In this document: positions 32,063 to 42,984 of the stretch, one piece after another
Layout: each line of letters starts with the position of its first letter
How positions within the stretch are numbered: the first letter of the stretch is position 1
Assembly: GCA_965223905.1 (NCBI GenBank)
Contig: CBDCXV010000010.1
Span: forward strand, 320,001 to 384,000
DNA from: Candidatus Latescibacterota bacterium
GTDB taxonomy: Bacteria; Latescibacterota; UBA2968; UBA8231
Direction: 5' to 3'
Length of the DNA stretch: 64,000 nucleotides
Made by a program: the position numbers and the translations under genes
The notes under the pieces: model-generated
What the model was told of the DNA's origin: nothing
Databases searched by the model: none
Seen by the model: only the letters and a program-made list of their open reading frames with translations

Positions 32063-32256
32063 CAATTAAAGTGACATCCAGCACGTAGAAGGGTGTACGC
32101 CTTGCTCGTAAAGCCGGCGGAATTTCTCAGCGAAGCGGCGCTCACCTTCTCAGTCCTCCTTTAAGCGATACCAGCTCTGCGATCCCGCTTCAAATCCTCT
32201 TTCGTCATTAGCGGTTTAGGCGGCTCTTTTGTAGGATCGGCACAGTGACGAAAAAA

Positions 32257-33812
32257 GGGTGTAGCCGCGTTTTTACGCAGCCATGGTGTAGGGTTGCGAG
32301 GTGGTTTTTTTAAGGTACCAGTTCCAGAAGGCCTCCCATCGTTTCGATTGAACGTGGACTCGCAGGTTGAGAATCTGCTGTCCGCCCTCGCGCCTCCAGC
32401 GCATGCCGCTGCGTTTGAGTCGATGGCCGACCAGAGTCTTGGCGGCCGCCTCCACGGGACCGCTGGAGAGGATCAAGCCCGAAGCGTGATAGCCAGCGTA
32501 GTCCATTTTATCCCGGTTGTTGCGGAAGTAGCCCAGTTCGGTGGTCGCCTGACGATGGCGTGGTGATCCTTTTGGGAGTGTGCGGCAATGGTAGACCAGG
32601 GAACGGATCAGGCCCTGAACGGCACCGGGCTCATGGCGCAGTTTGTGGCGCCATCGTCGATACCAGCGAAAAGCTTTTCCCGACCGCTTGCCGAAGAGGT
32701 GCTCGGCGGCCTTCGACAGATGCTGGGCGGCGTGGTAGAAGTCGAGAATGCGGGTGAAGCCGTCGAACACCCCGTGCTCCTCCACGGTACGCCAGATCTC
32801 GCGCTTGCCGTCGGCCAACACCACCCGGTGCTCATAGCTACCCTGCTGCAAGGCCCGACCTGTCTGGTTCACCAAGCCGTTGACCAAAGTTTCCATTTTC
32901 GCCTCCGGCATGCGCGCGGCATAGCGCACGTCGACGCGTTGGGGCTCTTCCCTGTCGGGATTCAGCGGCGTCAGGTAGGTGGCGACCATGCCCACCCCCG
33001 CCTCTTTCCAGGCCGTGGGGGCGCTGTCGGTTTCGCTGTCCATCGGTCGTTCGGCGGGCCGTCCGCGCTTGGGTGCCGGTTCCCGCAGGGGCACGGTAAC
33101 CCCGTCCCAACTGACCACCAGGGTGTCGCCTTCGGGATCCAGTGGCGCCGCTGCTTGCAAGGCCAGCTCGAGTTGTTCGGCGTGATCCTCCGCATACTGC
33201 CCTACAGTCGTCAACAGGTATTGAATGGCGGTGCGCGAGGGCGGCTCGGGCAGCAGCTCCCCCAAGCAGTCCCGGACCTCGGCAGGGACCATGCCGGCGC
33301 CCAGAAACGCCGTCAGGCGCTCCAGTTCCGGCACCATGAATCGCTTGACCATGCCGCAGCGCTCGTCCAGAGGCACCCGACTCGGTCCGCCGCGATCGGG
33401 CTGATACAGCCGCCGCGCCACCACAACCTTGCCCCACAGGGTCATCCACTCCTTGTCGACCACCTGCTTGAATCGGTACAACTTCCCCTGGTGTACCACG
33501 GTGTCGTCGCTCATTTCACAAGCTTGAGCCAAGCGTTGGAAGCCGCTTCGACCGATGTCGTCCAAACACGAACGAAACTCCCCCAGCATCTGGCGAAATG
33601 CATCCGGTCCTGCTTGCCCGGACTGCAGGCGATGTTCCCACTGCCGGACATTTTCCTGCAGGTTGGTCAGGCGAGCGCTCAAATCGTGCGTATCTTCCAT
33701 CTGGGACCCCTTTCCGGTTTTTGGGCTAAGTCGTTACCCCCAAAAGTACAACTCGTACCCGGACTTGGGGTCCCACTCTTGTTAAGAAATGCGTAAAATG
33801 GAGGCTACACCC
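32257..33812 (-). mobile_element. ISKra4/ISLre2-like insertion sequence
   Basis: 23-bp IRs with 3 mismatches (GGGTGTAGCC....TTTTACGCA) and an 8-bp TSD CGAAAAAA (32249-32256, 33813-33820). Confidence 0.88.
32273..33700 (-). CDS. ISKra4/ISLre2-like (UPF0236) transposase
   Basis: SWDG, LADGKREIW, ILDFYHA and SGPVEAAAK...RLKRSGMRW motifs. Confidence 0.88.
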   Translation of the reverse strand: MEDTHDLSARLTNLQENVRQWEHRLQSGQAGPDAFRQMLGEFRSCLDDIGRSGFQRLAQACEMSDDTVVHQGKLYRFKQVVDKEWMTLWGKVVVARRLYQPDRGGPSRVPLDERCGMVKRFMVPELERLTAFLGAGMVPAEVRDCLGELLPEPPSRTAIQYLLTTVGQYAEDHAEQLELALQAAAPLDPEGDTLVVSWDGVTVPLREPAPKRGRPAERPMDSETDSAPTAWKEAGVGMVATYLTPLNPDREEPQRVDVRYAARMPEAKMETLVNGLVNQTGRALQQGSYEHRVVLADGKREIWRTVEEHGVFDGFTRILDFYHAAQHLSKAAEHLFGKRSGKAFRWYRRWRHKLRHEPGAVQGLIRSLVYHCRTLPKGSPRHRQATTELGYFRNNRDKMDYAGYHASGLILSSGPVEAAAKTLVGHRLKRSGMRWRREGGQQILNLRVHVQSKRWEAFWNWYLKKTTSQPYTMAA

Positions 33813-33820
33813 CGAAAAAA

Positions 33821-34812
33821 GTATAGGTAATGAGGCACCTTTTTTGACTCTCGGTCAAGGCGCTGAGCGTACCGCAAGGGTCTGGCAACTCCCCTGAGGA
33901 TCGTTGCCAGTCCTTCGACCGAGCTCGCAGTACAGTTTGGTTGCCTGTCGGCCCGTATCCGCATCAATCCGGGGCCTGAGGGACCGTTGAGGGCACCCCC
34001 CCGCCGTACGCCCGGCGACGGCCACGGGTCGAGAAGGCAGGTCAGGCGGCGAACTCGAACGGCGGCTGCGGCGGGGGGCCTGGCAGGGGGCCAACGCCGG
34101 GGGCCGGGCCGGCAAACCGACCGCGGTCAAATAGCATCGGATCGAGGCCGGATCGGTCCGGGCGGCGATGATCCTCAGGCGCCCGCCACAGGCTTTGCAT
34201 TCGCTGAGGTCGGAGGAAAACACCCGCGCCAGCAGGGTCGCCCAGCGCAGTCGATGGCCGCAGGACGCAACGCTCGCATCGCCGTCCGCCGCCGACGGCT
34301 CGGCAACCGGCTTGGCCGCCACGATGCGCTCGCGGGCCCGGGCCCGGGGCGCCAGGACCCCGTGGTAGCGTAGGAGATGGAGCGTACGCACCCCGGTGGC
34401 CGCATCTTTCAGGACCCGGCGCAGGGCGTTGGCCGGCGCGTGCCCCGGTGGCGGTGATCCCTCGCACCGAAGCCGCGGTGAGAGCCGCCAGCACCGGCTC
34501 CTCGTCGGTGAGCGGATCCGCTGCGGTGTCGTCGAGCAGGCCGCGTTTCGTGCACCAGCGGATGATGCGGCGCGCACTCGTCTCCACGATCTGCTGAACG
34601 GCTTGGTCGGACAACGGCGGGGCCGGAACGGAAACCGGAGCGTCCTCCCCATCGACGTAGACCCCGTCGAGCATGAGCACGTGTACGTGGGGATTGAGGT
34701 TCAGGGAGGAACCGAATCTTTGGACGAAGGTCACCGAGCCCCACCGCGCGCGGTCATGGCCCATGGCCTGCGCCTGACGCCGATACCAACGGCCCACCAC
34801 GCGCAGAAACAC
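33821..34812 (-). mobile_element. ISCR/IS91-like remnant 1: oriIS + 5'-truncated, internally deleted transposase
   Basis: The oriIS end reads ...TTACCTATAC. The HUH motif NPHVHVL is present and TGVRT is joined to HLLRYHGV, so the catalytic Tyr region is missing. Confidence 0.88.
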
Positions 34813-35029
34813 GGGGCCAGATCGATTACACTAGCTCGCCCGAGGTGGTATCGAGCGACTTCGTCGGCAATGAGAGAAGCGGCATCGTCGACTCGGGGGC
34901 GACCATTACCCAGGGCAAGCGCTGCGTGCTGTACGTGTGGTACCCGACAACGAGTACGGCTACAGCGCCCAGGTGATCCGCATCCTGCAGCACATATCCG
35001 GTCTCGAACTGCCCTATTTCCCCAAGTAA
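34813..35029 (+). pseudogene. gap: C-terminal fragment of glyceraldehyde-3-phosphate dehydrogenase
   Basis: IDYTSSPEVVSSDFVG...LYVWY / DNEYGYSAQV (WYDNE.GYS signature, with a small frameshift). Confidence 0.75.
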
Positions 35030-35052
35030 TCCAATAGCTAGGACAGCTCTCC

Positions 35053-36206
35053 ATGCGAGAAAAGCGAGAAGCCAAATACCGGGTCGGCGTCATTGGCTGC
35101 GGACGGGCCGGCACCAGTCGGGCCCGGCCTTTGATGTGCACCCCTTGTGCGAGGTGGTGGCCATTGCCGATACGGATGCGGAAAATCTGGCGCTGGGTTG
35201 CCGCCGCTTCGGGGTGCCCGGCTACGCCACCTACGAGGAGATGTTGGCACGCGAGTCGATCGATATCGCCATGCCAGTGCTGCCGGTGGGAGCCAACGCC
35301 GGAGCAGTAGTGGCCGCGGCCCAGGCCGGGGTCAAGGCCATCTTTTGCGAAAAACCGCTGACGGCCCGGCTGTCCGCAGCCGACCGCATGGTGGAGAGCT
35401 GCCAGCGGCGGGGCGTGTATCTGGCCTCGGGCGTCATGGTGTCGAGCCATCCAGACTACCGCCGGGCCTGCGAGTTGGCCGCGCGCGGGGGGGGGGGGGC
35501 GATTGGCCAAGTGCAGGGCATCAATCTGTACGACGGCAACGGCCAGGGTGGCTGCCACGGTTTGAACTTGGCGCGCAAGTTCGCCGCCAGGGCGCCGGCG
35601 GAGTGGGTCGTCGGCCGGGTCGAGGGCGATCCCCATAGCGATCACGAGGAACCCTACGAGGAAGGAGCCACTGGTTTCGGCGGCGTGGGCGGGTACATTC
35701 GCTTTGACAATGGCATAGAGTGCTTCAGCAGCTTCCCGGGCCCGGCCTGGCGCGGCCTCGAGGTGGTGGGCAGCGAGGGACTGATCTGCAATTGGAACAA
35801 TACGGCCCTAGGTTTGCGCCTGTTCAAGCACAGCGGTCGAGGGGCCCCTTTGGTCGAGGTGGAAGGGGTGTTCGAGCAATACACCGAGGAGGAGAGGGGG
35901 TACGACGACGAGGGCTGGCAGGATTCCGGGCCGGTGATGCGGGCCATTGTCGAGGATATCGTCCGCGTCCTCGAAGAAGGCGGAGACTTGGCAATCACCA
36001 GCGGCGACGATTTGCGCCATGCCCTGGAGTTGGCCGTGGCCCTGCGCCAATCGCACCGGCAGGGCGGCGCCCGGGTGTCCCTGCCCTTGGCGGATCGCTC
36101 CCTGGTGATGTACCCGGAAAAGATGCGCTGGAACTACAAGAAAGACCTCATGGGTCGAGCCGCCTATATGGCGCAGATGGCGCGCCAGGTCGAGGAGGGC
36201 ACCTGA
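35053..36206 (+). CDS. Gfo/Idh/MocA oxidoreductase, frameshift at ~35128
   Basis: YRVGVIGCGRAG in the first frame and FCEKPL in the second. The C-terminus resembles that of the 3738 paralogue. Confidence 0.8.
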
Positions 36207-36236
36207 GAAGCTCTGGCGAAAGCGGTTAGTGCATGA

Positions 36237-37307
36237 TCAGGTGGTGAGCAGCTTTGCCAGTTCGGGCAAGACATCCTCGGCAAGACCCTCGACAAACCAG
36301 TCCTGTGCATGCATGAAGGCCGGTCTTTCTGGAGCCACAACGACGATTTGGAGGGCGTTGTCACGGGCATAGTCCAGCAGACCGTTATTTGCATCCATCG
36401 ACACGCCTGCAACCAAAGCTACCTGACCTTCCTCGATCCAAGCCCAGCCCTCGTCTGAGCTTTTAAAGTACTTGGGTTCGTTTATATGCACTTTTTGGCT
36501 ACCGGCCCATTCGTGCAGCCCGTCAAAATTGCCCGTAATGATATGCTTCAGTATTCCGTGTTTCTCCAATTGTGCAAGAGCCGCATGGGCTTCGGTGGGG
36601 CTGGCTGTCATAAAGCGGGTATAGAATGTTCCAAGTACTATAGCCGTCTCACGAGGTCGGTGTATTATCCAATCGGCAACAGCACCGGGAAAACGGTAAT
36701 TGTCGATGGGGAATTGCTCCTGCAGTCCACCTTTCCCGTCAAACGCGGGAATACCTGCCGCGGCCGATAACCCAGCGCCCGTGAACGCCACTAGTGGCTT
36801 GCCCTGAATGCGACGCGCAAGTTCCGCCACGTCAACAGCCTCAGCCTGTTCAGGGGCTTGCTCTGGACTTACGGGGTAGTAGCCCCTCCTGCGTTCCGAT
36901 CGTGCCCGCAAGGAGTTCCTAAAAATGGCGGGATCGTCGTGTGAGAGTAACAAATGAGTTGCGACCGTTCCATCGCGCGTTGGTTGGGAGAAAAACTCCA
37001 ACTTAAACTCCTCCCAGACAGCTTCGAGGCGATTTTCCTGGCGCAATGTAGCAGACCACAGACCATCCATGATAGTCTGTCGCAGAGCACTAATCTCGGC
37101 AATCATCTCCTCCTGCTCGTGTTCGCAAGAATGGGCTACCAGGAGGTTTGCCAAGTCAACCTGGCCTTCGCTGGAGATAGCAAACTCGCCATAGAAGCCG
37201 AAAAATCCCGATGGTCCTCCAAAATTGAAATCCATTCCATAGAAGCCCCCAGTTTGTTCTTTGTACCACTCCAACTGCTCTGAGGTTATTTGAGTCAGCC
37301 TGATCAT
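36237..37307 (-). CDS. SIR2/sirtuin-domain protein with N-terminal extension
   Basis: FTGAGLSAAAGIP.F, PTEAHAALA, IITGNFDGLH and GVSM motifs. Confidence 0.75.
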   Translation of the reverse strand: MIRLTQITSEQLEWYKEQTGGFYGMDFNFGGPSGFFGFYGEFAISSEGQVDLANLLVAHSCEHEQEEMIAEISALRQTIMDGLWSATLRQENRLEAVWEEFKLEFFSQPTRDGTVATHLLLSHDDPAIFRNSLRARSERRRGYYPVSPEQAPEQAEAVDVAELARRIQGKPLVAFTGAGLSAAAGIPAFDGKGGLQEQFPIDNYRFPGAVADWIIHRPRETAIVLGTFYTRFMTASPTEAHAALAQLEKHGILKHIITGNFDGLHEWAGSQKVHINEPKYFKSSDEGWAWIEEGQVALVAGVSMDANNGLLDYARDNALQIVVVAPERPAFMHAQDWFVEGLAEDVLPELAKLLTT

Positions 37308-37451
37308 ACGCCTCCAACCTTCATGCTCGATAGCATCTATCAGTTCTCTAAGAGGGCGGACAGGGTACTTGCCTCGGGACGAGTACCGAGCTTTTCGCTA
37401 GTCGTCTGCCGGGGCCCGCGTGGAATACCGTGGCGTCCAAAGGTGCTCTAA

Positions 37452-38612
37452 TCAGTAGTCCCGCAGGGCGCCGTCGGGTCCAATCACCGGCGACCGGGTA
37501 TAGGGCACAGGCGGATAGTGCGGGAACGCTTCGTCGTTCAGTTCAATTCCAATGCCGGGAGTCTGCGGCACAATCAGGAAACCGCCCTCGCGTCGCAGTG
37601 GCATCTCGACCAGATCCCGTTTCGGGGCATCGTACTCGTCCCGCGGGTACTCCTGGATGGCGACGTTGTGGATGGCGGCGTCGAGTTGCACGCACGCCGC
37701 GGTCAGGACGCAACTCAGAGGGTTGTGCGGGGCGACTCCCACGTAGCTTGCTTCGGCAAGCGCCGCGATCTTTTTGCAATTCGTGACTCCACCGGCGAGC
37801 GACAGGTCCGGCCGGATGTACGAGGCCCCCTTGTGGGCCAGCAACTCGCGGAACTGGTAGGTGGTGTAGAGCCGCTCGCCCATGGCCACGGGCACCGGCA
37901 TATTTGCCGCGATATGGCCCCACGCGTCCATGTTCTCGGGCTCGATGGGATCCTCGAAAAAAAACAGGCCATAGGGCTCAAGGGCCTTGGCCACCTCGAT
38001 GGCCTCCGGCGGCGTGAGGCGGTTGACCACGTCGACCATGAGATCGATCTCGTCACCCACGGCGTCGCGGACCGCCTGTAGGGTAGCCGCGGCGTGCTTA
38101 GCCATGCCGCGGAACGACAGTTGTTCTAGGCTTGTGCCCTCGCCGGACGCAAAGGCCCCGAACGGATAGAGGCGCAGGGCTGTGTAGCCGGCCTCGACCA
38201 TGCTCCGGGCGTCTGCGGCCAACTCCGCCGGGGTATCGCCCTGCAGATGGGAGTACACGCGCACGCGCTCCCGCGTAGGACCGCCTAGCAGCGAATGGAC
38301 GGGTAGCTCGGCTACCTTGCCCTTGATGTCCCATAGCGCGATGTCGATTGCACCGATCGCGGCCATGGTGTCTGCGCCGCCGCGAAACACGCAGCGGCGG
38401 AACATGTGCTGCCAGTTGCGCTCAATGTGGAGGGGATCCTTGCCGATCAGGTACTCGGCGCAGTAATCCACCGCCGCAATGGGCGCAAACGACGTGCCGC
38501 TGGTGCCGCTTGCGGGGTGCAACTCGCCGACCCCCGCTATGCCCTCGTCAGTGTGCACCCGCACGTAGATAAAGCGGCTGGCCCGCAGGGTCTCGATCTT
38601 CGTGACTTTCAT
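37452..38612 (-). CDS. Mandelate racemase/galactonate dehydratase family enzyme
   Basis: AIDIALWDIKGK, FEDP, GERL, PHNP and PGIGIE motifs. Confidence 0.9.
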   Translation of the reverse strand: MKVTKIETLRASRFIYVRVHTDEGIAGVGELHPASGTSGTSFAPIAAVDYCAEYLIGKDPLHIERNWQHMFRRCVFRGGADTMAAIGAIDIALWDIKGKVAELPVHSLLGGPTRERVRVYSHLQGDTPAELAADARSMVEAGYTALRLYPFGAFASGEGTSLEQLSFRGMAKHAAATLQAVRDAVGDEIDLMVDVVNRLTPPEAIEVAKALEPYGLFFFEDPIEPENMDAWGHIAANMPVPVAMGERLYTTYQFRELLAHKGASYIRPDLSLAGGVTNCKKIAALAEASYVGVAPHNPLSCVLTAACVQLDAAIHNVAIQEYPRDEYDAPKRDLVEMPLRREGGFLIVPQTPGIGIELNDEAFPHYPPVPYTRSPVIGPDGALRDY

Positions 38613-38642
38613 ATCCGTTCTACCTATCTGCCTTCCTAAAAA

Positions 38643-38780
38643 TTAGCTCGCCTCGCGTCCCCGCAGCGCCCCACTCCCCACCATCGCGATCTCCAACGCC
38701 CTCAGCCCATCGCGGTGATCAACGGCAAAGGGTGCTCCAGCACGGCACTGGTCGATATAGTGGGCCACCTCGGCCTTGAA
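38643..38780 (-). pseudogene. C-terminal fragment of a Gfo/Idh/MocA gene cut by an oriIS junction
   Basis: FKAEVAHYIDQC...DGLRALEIA begins exactly at the oriIS end. Confidence 0.55.
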
Positions 38781-40470
38781 GTATAGGTAAAATGAGGCAC
38801 CTTTTTTGGACTCTCGGTCAAGGCGCTGAGCGTACCGCAAGGGTCTGGCAACTCCCCGGAGGATCGTTTGCCAGTCCTTCGACCGAGCTCGCAGTACAGT
38901 TTGGTTGCCTGTCGGCCCGTATCCGGATCAATTCGGGGCCTGAGGGGCCGTTGAGGGCACACCCCGCCGTACGCCCGGCGACGGCGACGGGTCGAGAAGG
39001 CAGGTCAGGCGGCGAACTCGAAAAGCGGCTCAGGCGGGGCCCTCGGCGGGGGCATCCCCGGCAGCCCTACTCCCTCCAGATAGGTCCGGATCGAGGCCGG
39101 ATCGGTCAGGGCGGCGATGATTCTCAGGCCACCGCCGCATGCCGCGCATTCGCTGAGGTCGGAGGAAAACACCCGCGCCAGCAGGGTCGCCCAGCGCAGC
39201 CGATGGGAGCAGGACGCAGCGCTCGCCGAGCCGTCCTCCGCCGACGGCTCGGCACCCGGTTGGGCCGGCACGATGCGCTCGCGGGCCCGGGCCCGGGGCG
39301 CCAGGACCCCGTGGTAGCGTAGGAGATGAAACCGGGGCGGGGGGAACCAGAGCCGCCCGCTTCTCCAGCAGTTCCATCGGAGAGAGCAGGAGAGGGCGGG
39401 TCCCATCCGACCACGGCGTTTTGAGCGCGAAGGAAAGATGGTCGGCATCGAGAACGCGCAGACGCCCCCCCGCCAGGGCCGGCCGGGCCACGTAGCGGCA
39501 CAAGCGTTCGAGCCCGCGCCGGTCAGGGCCTGCGATCCGCGTTGCCGCATGCAGGGAAAATCCGCGCGAAGCAAAGCACAAGGACGCCGTACGCACCCCG
39601 GTGGCCGCATCTTTCAGGACCCGGCGCAGGCGTTGGCCGGCGCGTGCCCCGGTGGCGGTGAGCCCTCGCACCGAAGCCGCGGTGAGAGCCGCCAGCACGG
39701 GCTCCTCGTCGGTGAACAGATCGGCGGCGGTGTCGTCGAGCAGGCCGCGTTTCGTGCACAAGCGCATGATGCGGCGCGCACTCGTCTCCACGATCTGCTG
39801 CACGGCTTGGTCGGACAACGGCGGGGCGGGAACGAAAACCGGAGCGTCCTCCCCATCGACGTAGACCCCGTCGAGCATGAGCACGTGCACGTGGGGATTG
39901 AGGTTCAGGGAGGAACCGAACCGCTGGACGAAGGTCACCGAGCCCCACCGCGCGCGGTCATGGCCCATGGCCTGCGCCTGACGTCGATACCAGCGGCCCA
40001 CCACGCGCAGAAACACCGCCAGTACGGCCGAGACCCACTCGCCGTCGTAGGCGAGGCGGTAGCGAATCTCGTACGGAAAGCTGAGCACCCACTGGCGCAC
40101 CGGCACCCGGGGCAGCACGTCGTCGACCAGGCGCGCCGCCGTATCGGCCATGCGCCGGCCGCAGCACGAGGGGCAGCACCCCCGCTTCTTGCAGGAAAAG
40201 GCTAACGGCCCGGCTCTTCCCGCAGTCCTCACAACGGGCGCGCACGAACCCGTAGGCCAGAATGCCGCATTCGAGGTAGGCCCGCAGCTCTTTGTCGACA
40301 TGGAGGGGCAGTCGGTGCTCGGCCGTTCCGGCTTGCTGGAGAAAGGTTTCCAGATGCCCGGCGAGGACCTGGTAGAGGGGCTCCTTTTCCGGTTCGCGGC
40401 GACGGTACTCGGGTGGGCGGACAGGTGTGACCGGCATGGTGCCGGCCACACAGCAATGGGCGGACCACCC
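38781..40470 (-). mobile_element. ISCR/IS91-like element 2 (longest copy)
   Basis: oriIS end plus the whole transposase coding sequence. Foreign DNA begins about 20-30 bp upstream of the start, and no terIS is recognised. Confidence 0.9.
39005..40449 (-). CDS. ISCR-type rolling-circle HUH transposase, two frameshifts (~40200, ~39345)
   Basis: Zinc-binding CGILAYGF..CEDC..SCKKRGCCPSC, HUH motif NPHVHVL, single-Tyr RLCRY motif and RYHGVLAP. Confidence 0.88.
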
Positions 40471-40471
40471 G

Positions 40472-41216
40472 TGCTCGCGTCCGCTTTGAGTCGGACAAGG
40501 GCTCGGTCACCTACTTCGACGCCTGGTTCGACGACAACCCCACCGCCAGGATGAAGCTCGGCCACGTAAAAAAGGCCGACATCGTCATCGCCAGTCACGG
40601 CCACGGCGACCACATCGGCGACTCCTATGAAATCTGCAAGCGCACCAAGGCCAAGTTCGTCGGCAACTACGAGCGCTGCGTCGTCGCTGAGGAGGTGCAC
40701 GGGCTCAAGATGGGCTCGCGCGCGCTGTCGATGAACCCCGGCGGCACGGTCAAGGTGAAAGACGCCGAAATCACGATGGTGCAGTGCCACCACTCGCAGT
40801 CGCTGTCGACCCACGTGATCGGGGCCGAGTTGCCCGCCGGCCTGCTGTTCCACCCCGACAGCGCCGTCAATGGATTTGTCATCTCCTACAACAACGGCAT
40901 CACCATTTACGACACCGCCGATACCTGCCTCTTCAGCGACATGCAGCTGATCGGCCAGATGCATGGGCCGCAAGTGATGGTCATGCCGGTGGGCGGACAG
41001 TATACGATGGGCATTCGCGAGGCGGCGAGGGCGGCGAGTCTTGTCCGCCCCGATGTCGCCATTCCCTGCCACTACGGGCCGATAATGGGGCAGCCGGCAG
41101 ATATTGGCGAGTTGAAGAAGGCGGTGAAGTTTCTCTCTCCCAATACCGAGGTGGTTGAGCTGAAGGTGGGGCAGACGTTGACCTATACGGCGAGTCGCTA
41201 CAAGGTAGGGCGCTAA
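40472..41216 (+). CDS. UPF0173-like metallo-beta-lactamase-fold hydrolase, N-terminus apparently clipped by the ISCR junction
   Basis: SHGHGDHIGD, ADTCLFSDM and IPCHY motifs. The frame extends upstream of 40551 (VRFESDKGSVTYFDAWF) to the junction. Confidence 0.8.
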
Positions 41217-41251
41217 AGCCACGGTAGATCTGAGGTAGCACCTAATTATTG

Positions 41252-41289
41252 AAATGGGGAAGATCTATATAGAGATCCTCCCCATTTTT
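41252..41289 (+). terminator. Probable rho-independent terminator
   Basis: Hairpin AAATGGGGAAGATCT-atatag-AGATCCTCCCCATTT followed by a T-run, downstream of the 41216 stop. Confidence 0.65.
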
Positions 41290-41475
41290 GATCAGGATCT
41301 TTGGGCCACTATCCCCTCATGTTTAGATAAATCAACAGTTTAGCTCATGTTGTACGTTCGGCGCTGGGCCAAATGTGGAATTAATCCCACATTTGCTGGA
41401 CCCACTGGCAGGGCAAGGATGCACGACGGACCCGACGCTGTCCGCATTTCGAGTCTCCTCGTGGACTAAGGTGCC

Positions 41476-42384
41476 GTGATAGGCGAAGAGCCAAAATTTT
41501 CGGTCTCGGAGGTGACAACGTATCACCTCAGCTTCCAGGAAGATCTGGCCGTCTACCGGGAAGCGGGAGCTGGCGGTATCGGGATTTGGGAGTTCAAACT
41601 CCCCGAGGGCCGCGACCGCGAATCGCTGGACCAGTTGCGCGACAGTGGCTTGCAAGCAACTTTGTGTGCCCCGGCCGTAGTCGAGGTGATTCCCAGCGAG
41701 TTCGGTGGACCGACAGATGTGGAGGAAAGAGTGGAGGCGATGTGCGCGGGGATTCGCCGATTGGCTCCGTTCAATCCCGTTGCGATCGCGTGCCTACCCG
41801 GTCCCCGCGGTCAGCTGGAGCTCAACGAAGCACTCCGCATCGCAGCTGACGGCTTGCGCAAAGCGGCACAGACGGCCGCTGAATTCGGGATTCAAATCGC
41901 CGTTGAGCCACTGCATCCCGAGGTGTTGGGTGACAAGACCATCATCACTAGCCTGGCGCAGACGATCGAGTTGATTGATCGAATTGACCAATCCAATATT
42001 GGCATCCTGTTCGATCTCTACCATCATTGGGACCAGCCCGACATTCTATCGCAAATTCGGGAGCACGTGGGCCGCTTCGGCGGTGCCATTCACATCGACG
42101 ATTGGCGTGAACCCACCCGCAGCTGGGCGGACCGAGCCTTGCCCGGTGAGGGGGCGATGGACTTGCCGGCACTCCTTGGCGCACTGGAGGCCGCCGGCTT
42201 TGACGGGTGGTACGATCTGGAGATCTTCTCCGACGACGGTACCTTCGGAGCAGATTATCCCGACTCACTCTGGAAGCTCGATCCGCTGGAGATGCTGCGG
42301 CGGGCCAAGGGTGGGTTCCTGCGTGCGTGGCAGGCACGCAAAAAGCTTGGTTCCGTTCTTCCCACGCGGGAGAATATGCAGTGA
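41476..42384 (+). CDS. Sugar phosphate isomerase/epimerase (xylose isomerase-like TIM barrel)
   Basis: [23 protein letters not shown] and LEIFS motifs. Confidence 0.85.
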   Translation: MIGEEPKFSVSEVTTYHLSFQEDLAVYREAGAGGIGIWEFKLPEGRDRESLDQLRDSGLQATLCAPAVVEVIPSEFGGPTDVEERVEAMCAGIRRLAPFNPVAIACLPGPRGQLELNEALRIAADGLRKAAQTAAEFGIQIAVEPLHPEVLGDKTIITSLAQTIELIDRIDQSNIGILFDLYHHWDQPDILSQIREHVGRFGGAIHIDDWREPTRSWADRALPGEGAMDLPALLGALEAAGFDGWYDLEIFSDDGTFGADYPDSLWKLDPLEMLRRAKGGFLRAWQARKKLGSVLPTRENMQ

Positions 42385-42974
42385 CACTGAACACGAAAAA
42401 TGTCATCTGGATCCTGGCTGGAATCCTCTTTGCGCTCGCAAGCATCTGGATTCACTACCTCGTCAAGGTCGAGATGGCGCCGGGTGGTCATGCCTCCACA
42501 GGCGAACTCGGGGACCTCCAGGTAGGCGGCGAGTCGCCGGACTTTTCCGGAACCGATCTGCAAGGACGACAGGTAGCGCTCTCGGAATTTCGCGATCGCA
42601 AGGTGGTCGTGCTGGATTTCTGGGCGACCTGGTGTGGCCCTTGCCTGATGGCGATGCCGGCTCTTCAAGAACTGTCCGATGAATTCGGGGCGCATGACGT
42701 GGAGGTTCTCGCTGTAAACATCCGGGAGAACCCCGAGCGCGTCCGGGATTTTATTGAACGGAAGGGCTATACCTTCCGGGTGGTGATGGATCGGGATGGC
42801 GCTATCGGCGATCGATTCGGGGTAACTGCCATTCCCGTGCTTGTGGTGGTGGGTGCCGATGGCCGCGTCGAGTGGATCAAGCTTGGTTACAGCCCGAAAA
42901 ACGATGATGGGCTGCGGGAGTTGCTGGTGCGTCTGAGGGCGGAGAGTCAGTCCGTCGGGTCGGCTACAATGTGA
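42381..42974 (+). CDS. TlpA-family thiol-disulfide oxidoreductase
   Basis: N-terminal membrane anchor and [10 protein letters not shown]. The GTG start overlaps the upstream stop. Confidence 0.88.
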   Translation: MTLNTKNVIWILAGILFALASIWIHYLVKVEMAPGGHASTGELGDLQVGGESPDFSGTDLQGRQVALSEFRDRKVVVLDFWATWCGPCLMAMPALQELSDEFGAHDVEVLAVNIRENPERVRDFIERKGYTFRVVMDRDGAIGDRFGVTAIPVLVVVGADGRVEWIKLGYSPKNDDGLRELLVRLRAESQSVGSATM

Positions 42975-42984
42975 GAGTGGGGGT

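Noticed and set aside
40450-40480. terIS upstream of the longest transposase copy
   Set aside because: No recognisable hairpin-plus-tetramer end is present. The sequence passes directly into the clipped hydrolase gene.
39030-41222. 730-aa ORF as a single protein
   Set aside because: It is the antisense of the MBL hydrolase running into one frame of the frameshifted transposase.
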